Below are positions 12,361 through 25,200 of a stretch of 64,000 nt of DNA, piece by piece. Positions within the stretch are counted from its first letter, which is position 1. Each line of letters starts with the position of its first letter. The notes beneath the pieces are model-generated. The model did not search any database and was not told where the DNA came from. It saw only the letters and a program-made list of their open reading frames with translations. The position numbers and the translations under genes are program-made. This stretch comes from Lytechinus pictus (taxonomy: Eukaryota). The stretch is from NCBI RefSeq assembly GCF_037042905.1, contig NC_087252.1, positions 26,724,001 through 26,788,000 of the forward strand. The letters run 5' to 3'.

Positions 12361-14278
12361 CAAATTTATTACATTTGTGGGTAAAGTCATTATTACATTT
12401 GTGGGCGATCAAAAATTATTACATTTGTGGGTAAAGTGCATTATTACATTTGTGGGTGAAATTATTACATTTGTGGGTAAAGTGTTATTACATTTGTGGG
12501 CGTTTTTACATTTGTTGGTAAAATGTTATTACATTTGTGGGCGTTATTACATTTCTGGGTGCAACAGGGGGGGGGGGGTGGAACTCCCTCAATTACCCAC
12601 CTCTGAAATATCGAACATATTTTGATTTTCAATCTATTCGGACGAGTGCTACGCAAAAAACTGTAATGTTGACCAGTGTACATAGAGGGTTCAATGACAT
12701 TTGCTACGGCGACAATTACTCCACTGTAAATTCCACACTAATGGAATAACCCATTTCAACCCTGGATTTAACGCTATGTACCATATTCTCAACCTAAACC
12801 TAAATCTAACATAACACCCATTTGCAACCACATAACCCTAACCCTACATAATCGAAGAAATAAGCCCGTAACAATTGTCGCCGGAGCAATTGTCGTGTCA
12901 CCACATAAAGTAAAACACCAGTCATTTTACTCCAGTGTTAAACGGTGTTAGTCAAACACGTGTTCATGGACGCTTAGTTGAACACATAGAGGGTGTCATT
13001 ACAGCACCTTTGGTTGTTACTTTGACACTCGTTGGTATTATTGTTACGTTATAAGTATAAGGTATTACTTTCCGCCATTTCACACGGTACCAAAATCGTA
13101 ATTTGAATGATGATTCCAGTGATAAATAATTCTAATGACGATTTTTTAACAAGTGTGAAACCAAACTAGAATCACGACCGCTAATCACAATCACGTACGA
13201 ATTCACATTCTACTCCGGAGGTAAATTCCAGTAGAGTTTCACTGAAATTACGGTACGAATTTTACGTGTGAACGGATTGACCTTCAAAACGTCTTTAAAG
13301 GAACGGAGCTTACATGACCTTTCAAGAACTTGGTTTCTTTTTTGCTAAAGATGAATTGCAATCATCATTACAAGGACGGTTCAACATTCTCGTGTGAAAA
13401 GGCCCTTAGACACCTAGCTTATGGTATAGGGCCCTCTTTATGGACACCAACCTGGTGTCAGTCTTAACATATCAGTTTTTACAGTGTGTATATTTTGACT
13501 GGTGTCCAACACAACGCACTGCAGTGCGGTCTCAGTTGTAAAATGTTTCGCACTCATTCACTGTAACAAATATATATTTACCTTGGAGCTGAGCTGATTG
13601 GATAAATACCTGGCCAAGGTCAATATGTCAGTGCGATGTTGTATGATATTTTCAGTTTTCCCCCTTTTCAATAAGTGCAGCAGTGCCTGTCATTTCTTTT
13701 TATATTTCCTTCTCACTGAGTGCAATACTAAATTATCATACCCGTATTGGGGCGGTGGCTGCGGAGAACACTAATCATGTTCTTGCTATTACACAGTAAT
13801 GCACCAAACATGCCAAAAGTTAGCGGCTGCTACTTTACCGGGCGCCATTTTTAAAAGGTTTCTGTCTGGTAAGACGCTTTTATAGTGCCATTTCTTGGCC
13901 TTGCCACTGTTCTGCTATGGTTACATTTCCGAGTGAAGACTGTAATAGTTTTGCTGCCAATCAACTTGGGTAAGAGGACAACATTTACTATATATTGCGC
14001 TGACTTTTAACAGATTTATATAACACGGAAATCAATAAAATGCATATGTCTCAAAGTTGCCTATTCAAATTAAACTGTCAGTTTTCATACATTTCAGTTT
14101 TGCAGAGTGGGGCAGGCCATTAAGCTGGAATTTAAGCATTGCTTTCCTTTAGAAAGCAAAGAAGATCACGGTGATATAGGTGTCCATAATTGAGGGATGT
14201 TTGACATAATTTAAAAGACTCAATGTTTTATGAAAACTGTGGTATGATTTAATGGTTCAATCTTGAAGATATGTATAG

Positions 14279-15000
14279 CAGAGGCGTCGATCCTGGGGGG
14301 CAGGGGGGCGATCGCCCCACCAATGGAAATATTGGGGGGCAAACATATCGTTTTGCCCCCTCCCCCAATAATTCCACATGTGCAAAAATAAAATAAGATT
14401 GTAATGTTAAACCGAAATCAGCAAGCGAGATTGAAATACACAACTCGTTCTTTATTTAAAATCATGCTCAAAATGTCCGCTTTTCAGATTGAAATATAAA
14501 AAATTTCAGCTCGCGCTTCGCGCTCGCATCATTTCTGTAGCGAAAACCCATACTTTTCATGATTAAATAGGTGAATAGAATGTCCCGTTTTCAGTTCTAA
14601 ACCTCAAAAAAACTCCCGCCTTGGGTTGCAATAATCTTTTGTTGGATATATATCTTATTCTTTATTAAAAACGTCCATTAACCTGTCAGTTTTTTTCAGA
14701 TCAAAATTTTCAGCTCGCGCTTCGCGCTCGCATCTATTTTTTAAATCATTGGTAACAAAAATGATTAGAATGACAAGCTTTCAGGTCAGAATATAAAGAA
14801 ATTTCAGCTCGCTCTCGGCACTCGCATTATCTGTGTAGTGAGATATGTATCCACCTCATGAGTTACTTACTACAAACAATCCTAAACAGGTACCTTTTTC
14901 ATGTTTTAAGTTTAGTATAGCAAAAACATTTCAGCTCGTGCTTTGCTCTCGCATTAATTTGTTGGTGAGACATGTGTATATATATATGTATGTATTTATG

Positions 15001-15064
<64 letters not shown>

Positions 15065-15175
15065 GGTCTATGTGTGTGTGTGGGGGGTGAGTTTTTTTGT
15101 TTGTGTGATCGAGCACCTTTGGAACGTTGAGTCATAATTTTGCCCCCCAATCTGAAAAATGGATCGACGCCCCTG
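14279..15175. mobile_element. hAT-like MITE
   Basis: TIRs CAGAGGCGTCGATCC / GGATCGACGCCCCTG; perfect 8-bp TSD ATGTATAG; internal gctcgcgcttcgcgctcgca repeats. Confidence 0.88.
14975..15082. repeat. (TA)n and (TG)n microsatellite
   Basis: Directly visible. Confidence 0.95.
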
Positions 15176-16191
15176 ATGTATAGTGCAAGGGTTGGCTAAT
15201 GCTGCGGTCACATTTCCCCTACGGCGATTCGAAAACGGCTGTTTTATTTTTTTAAACAAACCACTCATGGTACAAAACATGTTGAAATTTTTTTTTTCGC
15301 CTCGCCGTACGGCCGCCGTACAGCAAATTTGACTGAGGTATAAGCCTTAAATTGTTGTGCTCACTCTAAACGTAAGGACAGGGAAAACCCCAACACCACA
15401 TAAATCCAAAATATTTAGATAGAAGTACAGTTCATAGATCACTTTTTAATTATGTTACAACTCTGCCTAGGGACACCGTAAAAACTATTTTCCTCTTTGA
15501 AGTTGAAGACGTTTTCTTGTAGATAAGCACATATTTTTGGTGAGAAATTAGAACCTCGTATCTCAATTTTTTAAAGGAAATCATTAAAGCTCACAAACTT
15601 CTGTTTTAGAGTTCTAAAGATATAGGCCTTAGTGGTATACTTCTTTTTATATACATTTTTATACTTATATTTTTTTCAATTAATTGAAAATCTATAAAAA
15701 CTGTATCAAGTGATAATAGTTAATTAATATATTGCTGCTGTATAATGATATATTGTTATAGACTCTAAAAACACTGAGTAAAAATTTACCCAATGTTGGG
15801 TAGAATGAGAAGAAGCATGATTGATTGGTATTTTTTTTTTACAAAATATATTTTTACCCGACCAACATGCATGTTTCCAATTTACCCAATACTGGGTAAA
15901 CCCTTTTTAGAGTGAAATTATTTGATGTTATTGTATATATTATATGAAAAAAAATTAATGTCAAGTGAATAAATATAAATACTAAATTCAAATTCACCTT
16001 CGTACAGTCATGTACATAAAATATGAGGCCGCCCTCAAACGAATATAATGTTTCATCGACAACAAATTCTGAGCCCTTTCAACAGACATCAAAAAGATGT
16101 CCAGGAAGTAAAATTACGGGAATTAAAACCAAAATCATACACTACACTTCTATTTCTATTTTTTATGCAGAACACCAATTGCATAGCAGAG

Positions 16192-16233
16192 ATGGCCGAC
16201 GATCGAACAGAGGATCCTACGTTGCTAACTAAG
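16192..16233 (+). CDS. Coding exon 1 (MADDRTEDPTLLTK); exon probably begins at 16171
   Basis: Acceptor ttttatgcAG ends at 16170; GAG ATG G start context; donor AAG|GTATAA; phase 0. The frame is also open upstream of the ATG, so an earlier coding exon is possible. Confidence 0.55.
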
Positions 16234-19200
16234 GTATAAAGATATTAATATTACTGCAATATCGTGTATCAACCCCCTTGGTTCAAACAAATAACATTTT
16301 GAGTTTAGGATACAAAGCGTCAAAATAATATCATTAAAAAAAATATCAGTAATCGAATTTGGGGGTTATGGATTTAGCTTGTGTTCAGACTGATATTTTT
16401 ACTGTCCCCCCAGGTGGAGGATAACAGTATAGCGCTTCGATAAGTCATTACAGATTTTCTTTAGCCCTTCCTTGCTGCGTAAGATATATAACGCATATCT
16501 TAATTTCTTATATTATTTAAATTCATTTTCAGTTGCAAGGGGTAACGATATTCGACAAGCCATCGAGTGAAGTGATTGGTCCATCAAAGGTATGTGTGTA
16601 AATATGCCTTCAAGCATGCATTCTTTGCTATCAAGAAAAAAAAGAGAGATGTGGGTAGGACGAATCCCTATAAGAGTTAAAATGCCAGCTTGTTTAATAA
16701 TGGAATCTCAATGATGATAAAGCAGGTGTATCTTGATTGGCAAATAGTGCATGATTATGAACCCAAAATACAGATCCATTTACTCATTATATTATAATAT
16801 TACATGAAGAGTCAATCTCTTCCAAATACATTTGCTCCTCCATTTTGTGTTTTCTCCTTTTCATTATAACTTTGGAAACTCTTAGAAATGTCGCACCACC
16901 CGCTTATAGCTTCGCATGTGTATAAACTAAACAAAAAAGGACTGCTTTGCGCAGTATTACGCATACGGAAAACGGTTCCATGACGTTTGCTCCGGCGACG
17001 ATTGATGCTCTCTAAATTCCGCACACTAATCGAATATTGCAACCCTCACCCTAAGCATGCATCGTAGACGAAATTAAAGTGATTGTTTAACATTAGTTTG
17101 ACTTTTTAAAAATCTGAGCTAGAAGGTCACACTTATCACCTGTGTCTGTGATATGTTACAAAAATGAAGCCCAGAAAAAATTGCGATCGAAAGTAATTAT
17201 TTAGTGCTTCAAAAATTGAAATATAAAGTGACCGGAAACACCACCATAATTTCATCCCATACACTTATGTGTACTATTTAGGCGTCTATTAGACGCCTAT
17301 TTACAAAATCGGGGTTTGCCTTGTAGTTTTAGCTTTTCATTCTCAATAATGGTTGTTTTCAGGGTTTATTAGTTCTAATTCATGCACTTGTACACACATT
17401 ATGAAAGATTTCTGCCTAAATGAGACAGAAAATCGTGTACATCTCTTGAACGCACACACAGGTCACGGAGTGACCCTGAGTGCAAACAGCTGACTGTGTT
17501 ACAACTTGGGGAGTGATACATTTTTACAATAGGGGTGATCAAACTCACTGGAGGGACTTTAATTCACTTATAACAAAGAAATGTTAACTACAGTACTCAT
17601 GTTGAATGCTCTGATGAAAATTATATAAGTTTCACATTCATTTGAACGAGAGGACAAGATAATTGTATATATCCAGTGCATTATGCGTGAATCATACTAC
17701 CATTGCGATCCCTGCCCGGCCAATGGTGCAGGCATGACGATTCTGAGTGACGTCACCGATAGAGACCTCAAATGCCAGAAGAGCCGATTCGACAACTAAC
17801 TTCATCTAAAAAACACGTATTGAAGATAACATCCAATGGGGAAATGGCTTTCATTTTCGTGAAATATACATTCCATTCTTCAATAAATCTTTCACCCCGT
17901 CGTTAACTGCCCATTCATTCTCGAGCAATGGGAAAATGAATACAGAGTGTCTCAAAGTTTGTGTGAAAAAAGGTGCATTTTCCATAGAACTTCTGCCAAA
18001 AAGCAATGCGTAAGGGAAAGATTAGCCCCAAAACACGAATAGATGAGTTAATCAAATGGGATGAATCATGAAAATCAGTGAAATATAGTTTTCTCCTGTC
18101 CTCATTTCTGAACGCCCCGACTTGATACGATTAATTTTTCCCCCTCTCCATCAACTTTTAAGAAAAAGAGTGCATATTTTCATAAAAATACCATGTGTTA
18201 TATCGACGGACGCCCGTGCGTACGAGCAGGAGGAAGCCGAATGTCTCGTATTTTTCATAATGGTTTCATCTTGGTTTAAGAATGTTTTAAATCGGCTGCT
18301 CACAAAGTTAAACAATACCTTTAAGCCTGGATCCCCTGGATCAGTTGTCGCAAGAGCAAATGTTGTGTCACCACGGAAAACACACCTGCCCTGTTGCGTA
18401 TTTTCCAAGCACTTACTAATCCTTAGATAAAAATCCGACTACACCTCATGAATATTCATGGAACAGAATATAGCGTAATTTCAATCCAACGCATCGATCA
18501 GCTCAACGAGTGTGGCGCGATCGGTAACACGATGTGCTAATGTGAGTTTACTATACTTAGGCTTGAGCATGTTGAGTGAGGGATCCTATCCGAAGTAAGA
18601 TTTCGGGTCCAGTCATATCTGAATAAACGAGCACCAAATATGGAACTTGATGACAGAATGGACAAATGCCAACTGACTTACAAGAAGTGAATGATCATCA
18701 TTATTATTGTGGCAATTTAAGAATGTGTTATATATAGTCAATGAAGCTAGAGAAAAATATTTAAATAAGAATAGGTAAAAAAATAAGAGCAAAGGTTCTC
18801 TTTCGTCAGCCGAGGATGATCTCTGTGAAGCCAGCAAATAATACTTATTGACACGAAAAAGAGATTATATGGCAATAGGAACATTGATCATGATCAATTA
18901 TCTGTGACCTCACACAATGATATAAAGATTGAACTTGCTTTTGATGGTAAGCATTTATTGTTTAGATGATCCATTCTCTGAAGATGAAGTTGTGTCTGTG
19001 ATAAAGAAATTAAAAAATGGCAAAGCTTGTTGCTGGTCCAGATAACTAAAGGGGTATTACTTTATTAAGTTGTTTGGGAACATTATTTACTTCTATATTA
19101 AATCCAAGTTTAACTGAATTTTTTATTCAAATTGTTAGATTGGGAAGGAGCAAGCAGGTGTTCGTGCAAGCTTCTCCACAACTGACCATGTATTCGTAGT

Positions 19201-22200
19201 GAAGTGCATATTATATATTTATTTGTAGCAGAACACACGTATTTATCTTGTTTATTGTGGATTTATTGATTATAAAAAAGCCCTTTGATTTTATAGACAG
19301 GTACAAATTATGGCAAAAACTGTTGAAGAACGGAGAAAGTGGTAAAATTTTAAATGTGATTGAGAACATATACCAGCATGCAAAGTCAATTGTAAATGTT
19401 ATGGGATATGAGTATTTTACTTGCAACACTGGCGTAAGACAAGGAGAAATCTATCTCCGTCATTGTTTGTTGCCATTTATTAGCTGAAAGTCCCGACCAG
19501 CTCCAGCCTGCTTTGAATGCAGTTAATGATTATTGCCATAAGTGGCAATTAACGGTACATACTAGCAAGTTTAAGATCGTTAGAGACCAATTTTCGACTT
19601 GAGTGGTGGTGTTTGGAGATTTTGGATGATTTTATCTGTTTATGAGTTAGATTAGAGTATAATGGTACTTTCAAATTTAGAGAGAAAAAAAGGTATCCCA
19701 GACAATGAAAACTTTGAACAATTTTAGCAAAAGCAGAAAGATTCCAACTGTCCATTGATACACAGTGTGAATTATTTGATAGAATGATTTTACCAATAAT
19801 GACATAATTATGGGTGTGAAGTATGGGGCTATGAAGATATTGCTAAGACTGAAAATTTTAACAGAAAATTTGTGAGAACAATTTTACGGGTAAATATCAA
19901 AATTCACATGGCATAATGGAGAAAATGGGCGCTCCACTTCATTAAGTCATATTAATTGTAGAATGGTTGGATTTTGGTTCAGAATTATGACGGGTGTGGA
20001 GGACAAGTACTATTTCTTGTTTTTAGCTCGGTTTTTAATATGCACCAAGATCCAACTATGTAGTTCACGTAAAAATGAATGAGTTGCATTAATATTGAAG
20101 ATGTACTACAGAAAGCAGGTTTTGGTAATATAAGGGAAGGGATTGGGACTGATTGGTTTCTAAGAGCCTTGAAGTTGCGTTTGAAGGATATGTCCGAACA
20201 AGTTTGGCATGCAGCAATATGGTCAAATTGTAGTCGTTCAAATTATAAGATGAAAAGAGAATAGGGTTTTGAGACATATTTCCTAATTTTAAGTGACTCT
20301 GATGCAACTACATTGTGTAAATTTCGATGTAGTTTTCTTAGGTTGCCCGTCAGTAACAATCGTTTTTTCTCGAGAATCAGTGAATGATGATTTATGTACA
20401 TTATGCTCTCTGAAGGAAGTTGGAGGCAAGTTTCATTACTTATTTGAGTGTTCTTTCTTTAGTAAAGAAAGACAGGTGTACTGTACATACCCAAATAATA
20501 TTCTATAAGACCTTGTGCTTACTAATTAAGTAGGTTGTTTAGTTTGAATAAAAGGTGTCATATGACAAAAACAAATGTTGATAAATGGCTTTTTAATAAG
20601 TGTGTTTTACAATGTAATTGTGTTAAACAGAACAATATATTACTTTATAATAGGTTTTGCTGTTGTTGTTTTATCATTTTGCATTATGTTCTTTTATTTT
20701 AGAAAATGTATATTCATCATTGTAAATATGTTCATTTTTCTACGCATATTCATTATTGTAAATGTGTTCATGTTGAGGCTTTCATACTCACCATCGGGGT
20801 TTGAAAGAGCGTGATAAAATCTTATCTTACCATCGACAGGAAGCCCAAATACACACACTAGATAAATAGTCATAACATATAAATAAAAATACAGGAACAA
20901 TAAAGAACGTAAATGTATCCTGACAGAATCGTGGCCATGCATAAGTAATTACCGAGGTATGCCAGCCATGCATCGGTAAATACTTCTGCGTGGTTTAAAA
21001 AAAAAAAAATTGTTCCAGTCTCACCTTGAACGATTTTTCAAAAGATTTTTAGCCTAATTCGAGCCTCTAAAGCCGAGTTAGCCCTTATTGTAAATGGAAG
21101 GGAAAAAAAACACTGATACGAAAACTGAATTATGGCCAGAATTTTATCTGTAGTCTATATTGTCACAGTTTTTGTATATGTATTTATTCATGTATTTTTA
21201 ATTTAATTTTCAGGTAAAAGAGCTGACAGAAGTAAAACTGCGAGGCGAGTCATCGATAAAATTCAAGTTTGTACGTTTGATATTAGTGATACTTGATTAC
21301 ATTTCCTTTTATTCAAACCATGAAAACGCATTAACACATTCGGAGTACAAAATATATGCTTTTTAAAGAATAAAACCTTAATTCATTTTCTCAAAAGAAG
21401 TTTAAGTATTAGTTCCTAAAGAAATTATACATGTAGTTTCATTCACATGAACCAATCATTACAATATAGATGTTTTCCTAGACCTGTACCAAAGTTGTCG
21501 TAATGGTTAGAAAAATATTTATACAAAATCAACGATGCATATCTGAACATTTGTTTTATACGTGCATAAAAAATATCACTACTGGATCAGTTCGGACCAG
21601 TAATTTGTCCCTGGTAGATTTTATGCGAATTTTATTAGTGGCCAAAGAAACCAAATAAACACTGACTGCAACCAGCGTTGCATGTAGTCCGGGTTTTCAA
21701 CCCACGAAACGCGAAAATATGCATAAACACACCATATAATATTCTTAGCATTTGAAAGATATTAGGTGAGCCCGGTAGGTGAGCTACAAAATGATAAAGG
21801 TTTGATGGTGTCATAAACAGTTATTTTTGGTGATTTTTCACATTTCATTTTTAACTCACGAGTCAATGGGGAAATAGAAAGTAGTGCTTGGCTTGACCCG
21901 CTCACTATGGGCATGAGGGCACAATGCTAGAGTGCTCACCTTACCGACGACGCAAGAACACGAGTGGGTTAATCAAGTGGGTTAATCTTCAACTGACTGA
22001 AACCGAAACGAATGATACCTTCACCCTTTGTGCTTGGCGCTCAGAATTTAAAGTGCAGCATAATGATCATAACAATATGTCAGGCAAAGTCCAATGGTAG
22101 AAAAGTTTTAAAAAATAGGTGGTTACCGATGTAAAATCTAAAGCTATTATCAGGTTAAACAAATCTAAGTCAAATAACGCAGTTGATGGGCTTTTTTCTG

Positions 22201-25200
22201 TTGCTGCTAGCTTTGTATATCTACTTGATATTGCTGGTATTAAGACATAGAGAGTGTATTCTTTTTCTTTTTTATGGGGATTCGTTTTGGGCCATATGTT
22301 TGTGCCAGTAATAGTTTCGATAGTAAGAATTTCTTTTTCTAGTGATTTGAATTAATTTCTATATACACTATAAACAGCCAAGAAAGTTAAACAGCGTCCT
22401 TCTCGGCACACGGAGACTGCATTTAACTGATAGGTATTTCTGGCGTCGGTATCGATTTTCCGGACTAAAGCTTGAAAAAAATACTGGTAAGTGGATTAAT
22501 ATTAGACTGGATTCAAAGTAAGAGAAAATCATGCAATATGTTATACAGCCCAACCATGTACCACTGATGTACGTCTAACTTCATTGTGTAAATCAAGAGT
22601 TGTCCTCTGTACTCTTCGTGTCCTGACGGATACTCCTTATCTTTAGTGACGCCATGTCAGTCTGCTTTGGTGTACAGTGCTTAGCTCATGGTGACTTAGT
22701 CGTTAGGTTACCGGTGACTTGGGTGACTTACACAATACCTCATTGCGCTGTTGCAACATGCACGGTTGTACTCTGTATCTCTTGATTATTGATTGCCAAT
22801 AAAGTCACTGTGGAGGGGAAAAGATTATAAAAAAGAGTTGTCCTATTAATGGATTTTCTTTTCTTAAATGTATGTATGATCATCATAGAAGGTCATGTGG
22901 TTAAAATATACATAAGCCTAAAAAATGAAAATTCTCCCATGGATTATCATATTAGCCGTGTATTGAATTGAAACCCTGAGCAGAATGCAAATGAATATAC
23001 CATTCCACTATTTTAGTGGAACATTCTAGAGTGACTGTGTATTTTGACCATGCGGGTCTTAAATATAGCAAAGATAGAATAAGAGATTCTTTCAAGAGAA
23101 ATGAATTAGGGGTCGTTTGATAAATGATGTATCCCTTTGTAGATGATTTAGCCCCACAAGAACATGGTCCAGTCCTGCGTAAAAAGTTATATAATTTACG
23201 AACGGCTTAATTAGACACACAGCTGGAATGAAAATTAAATCTAATTGTGTCGCAGGGTTGTTACATTTTAACTTAGTAACACGTTTCAATGTATTCTATA
23301 TAGTACCCTGTCTACCCGTCTGTGGGTACCATAAACTTCTTCATTAAACCCTATCTCAAATGAGTGTTCCTGATAAATACTATGTTGTGAATTTCTTTTC
23401 AGCCGAAATCTCTCTTATAAGATATGGAAAGGAAGTACCTGTGTCTGTGTATTGGACTATCGGTGGCGGTGAAACTTGTTTAAAATTTGAACACATATTA
23501 TCACTTGAATTCAAAGAAGTTATCTCTGCACTGGTTCCATTGTGCCAAGCATTGCAACATATTACCATTGAATGTCGTATGTTAGATCTGCATATTCCTG
23601 CACATGACACCAGACCTTTCATTCCAATGAGATCAGTCCTCACCGTTTGCATTGGCGGCCGCATGTATGTTTCCCCGAATGAAATCCTATCGACTCTCAG
23701 TGATTGTTTTCCAAATGCAAAGAGTCTTGAGTTATCTTGTGACGGTGAACATTTTAAACACACTCTAAAATACCATTCTGACCCCCCACTGTCTTCCTGG
23801 AGACAGGTAAAATTAGACTTGTGGAACGGACACTCAAGAGACTACGTCTCTCTGGAGACCATCTTCCTCTCCCTTTCTTCTGCCTGTCAAAACATAGAAT
23901 CACTCTTCATCAAAAGCCGTAAAACTCTCCAATGGGACAAGTCAAGCAAAGACGTTAAAGAATGTACATTACCTAATCTGACTGATATCCATCTTGAATC
24001 TCGTTGGTCTGACTATGCACTTCAATTCACAACAGAATTACTACACGTAAGTCGTAGGATGAGTCGTAGTTTGAAGTTTGTCGAAGTAGAAAGTGTACAG
24101 CTAGGAGATGTAGTAATGAAGAGTGTTGAATGGTCCAGAACATCTTCAGATTCTTCGTTGCAAATTAAAGGTGCATCAGCGGCTGTACCCATAATTGACT
24201 TAATTGATCTTACAACTAGTGACCTTAAAGAGGTTACCGTCCTTACCTTTTACAGTTGCAAGATTGATTTCGGTCAGTCTGAAAGTAAGTCCCCGCAAAG
24301 TCCGAAGGAACTTGGTTCACTGCGGGAAATCAGGTTCGTTGGTTCAGAAAACCCACTTTCCGAATCTGACAGGAACAAGCTGTCGGAGTTGTATCCTAAT
24401 GTCAAAGTGACAGAAAATCAGACGAGTCAGGAGTCATCTGAAGAATCCCAGGAGGGTGCAGGGATACCTTTCAAGTTGGATAAGGCCTCCTCTCAACCAC
24501 TCAAAACCTCTCTAATAGGTGAGTTGACAGAGACTGTTCTTCAATATGATTACCAGATAAATGGTGACTTATTCAAACTTACCTTTATGGAAAATAATTA
24601 TATTTACAAGGCTTTATATTATGGAAAGAAAAAAGTTAGTAATCATAATAATAGTAATAAAGGTGTATTTACCCAGGGTAGCCACTTCAGCTCCGAAACA
24701 TGTTCTCCAGGCGGGTCCTGCTATTATCATTACCCCGGCTAAGCTAGGCTACCTATTCAGGTGCACACAGCTCTTTGAGGAATTAGTTCCTGCCGGTACC
24801 CTTTTAGCTCACCTGGGTCGAGTGCAGCACACTGTGGATGAACTTTCCTTGCTGAAGGAAACTACGCCATGGCTGGGATTTGAACCCACGACCTTCTGTT
24901 TCAAAGTCCGGAGACTAATCCACTTGGCCACGGCGCTAAAAGTTAAATCTCACAATAGACATAATGGGGTTATCAGGAATTTACTTCTGCAGACATGGAC
25001 ATTTTGGGAAAAATTTACTCATGCAAATTACGCATATTTAATGAGATGGCTAAACTATCTCCCGTACACTTTCTGATATTTCCTCATTAGTACCATGATT
25101 CCGATGTTTCGTTAATATCTTCCCATGCGTGAATAGACGATTCATTGTTGAAAGACATGTAGATATAATGATTTATGAATATCACCTGTACTTAACGAAT

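Larger units (their letters stand above)
1624..12566. mobile_element. Large foldback (TU-like) element with modular tandem-repeat inverted arms
   Basis: The left end TGTTACACCC..AATGTAATAAC and right end GTTATTACATT..GGGTGCAACA are inverted. Both flanks read G12-TG (1610-1623, 12567-12580). The outer CCCACAAATGTAATAA arrays and inner AGTCTTTTTTCCAGACC arrays are in opposite orientation on the two arms. Confidence 0.85.

Noticed and set aside
12785..12850. Telomere-like cctaaccct repeats
   Set aside because: Only a few degenerate units inside a small dispersed repeat (similar sequence near 16980-17055); not a telomeric array.
13800..13975. Possible upstream first exon (ATG at ~13917, donor GG|GTAAGA)
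   Set aside because: It would end in phase 2, incompatible with the phase-0 frame of the exon starting at 16171. It could be a UTR exon but is unsupported.
23360..24742. Single-exon 460-aa gene
   Set aside because: The ends of the ORF are intron and SINE read-through; strong splice sites at 23403 and 24518 define an internal exon.
24860..24936. tRNA genes here and at 27717, 32890-32959 and 37340
   Set aside because: A and B boxes are present, but there is no convincing acceptor stem and each continues into a SINE body with a simple-repeat tail.
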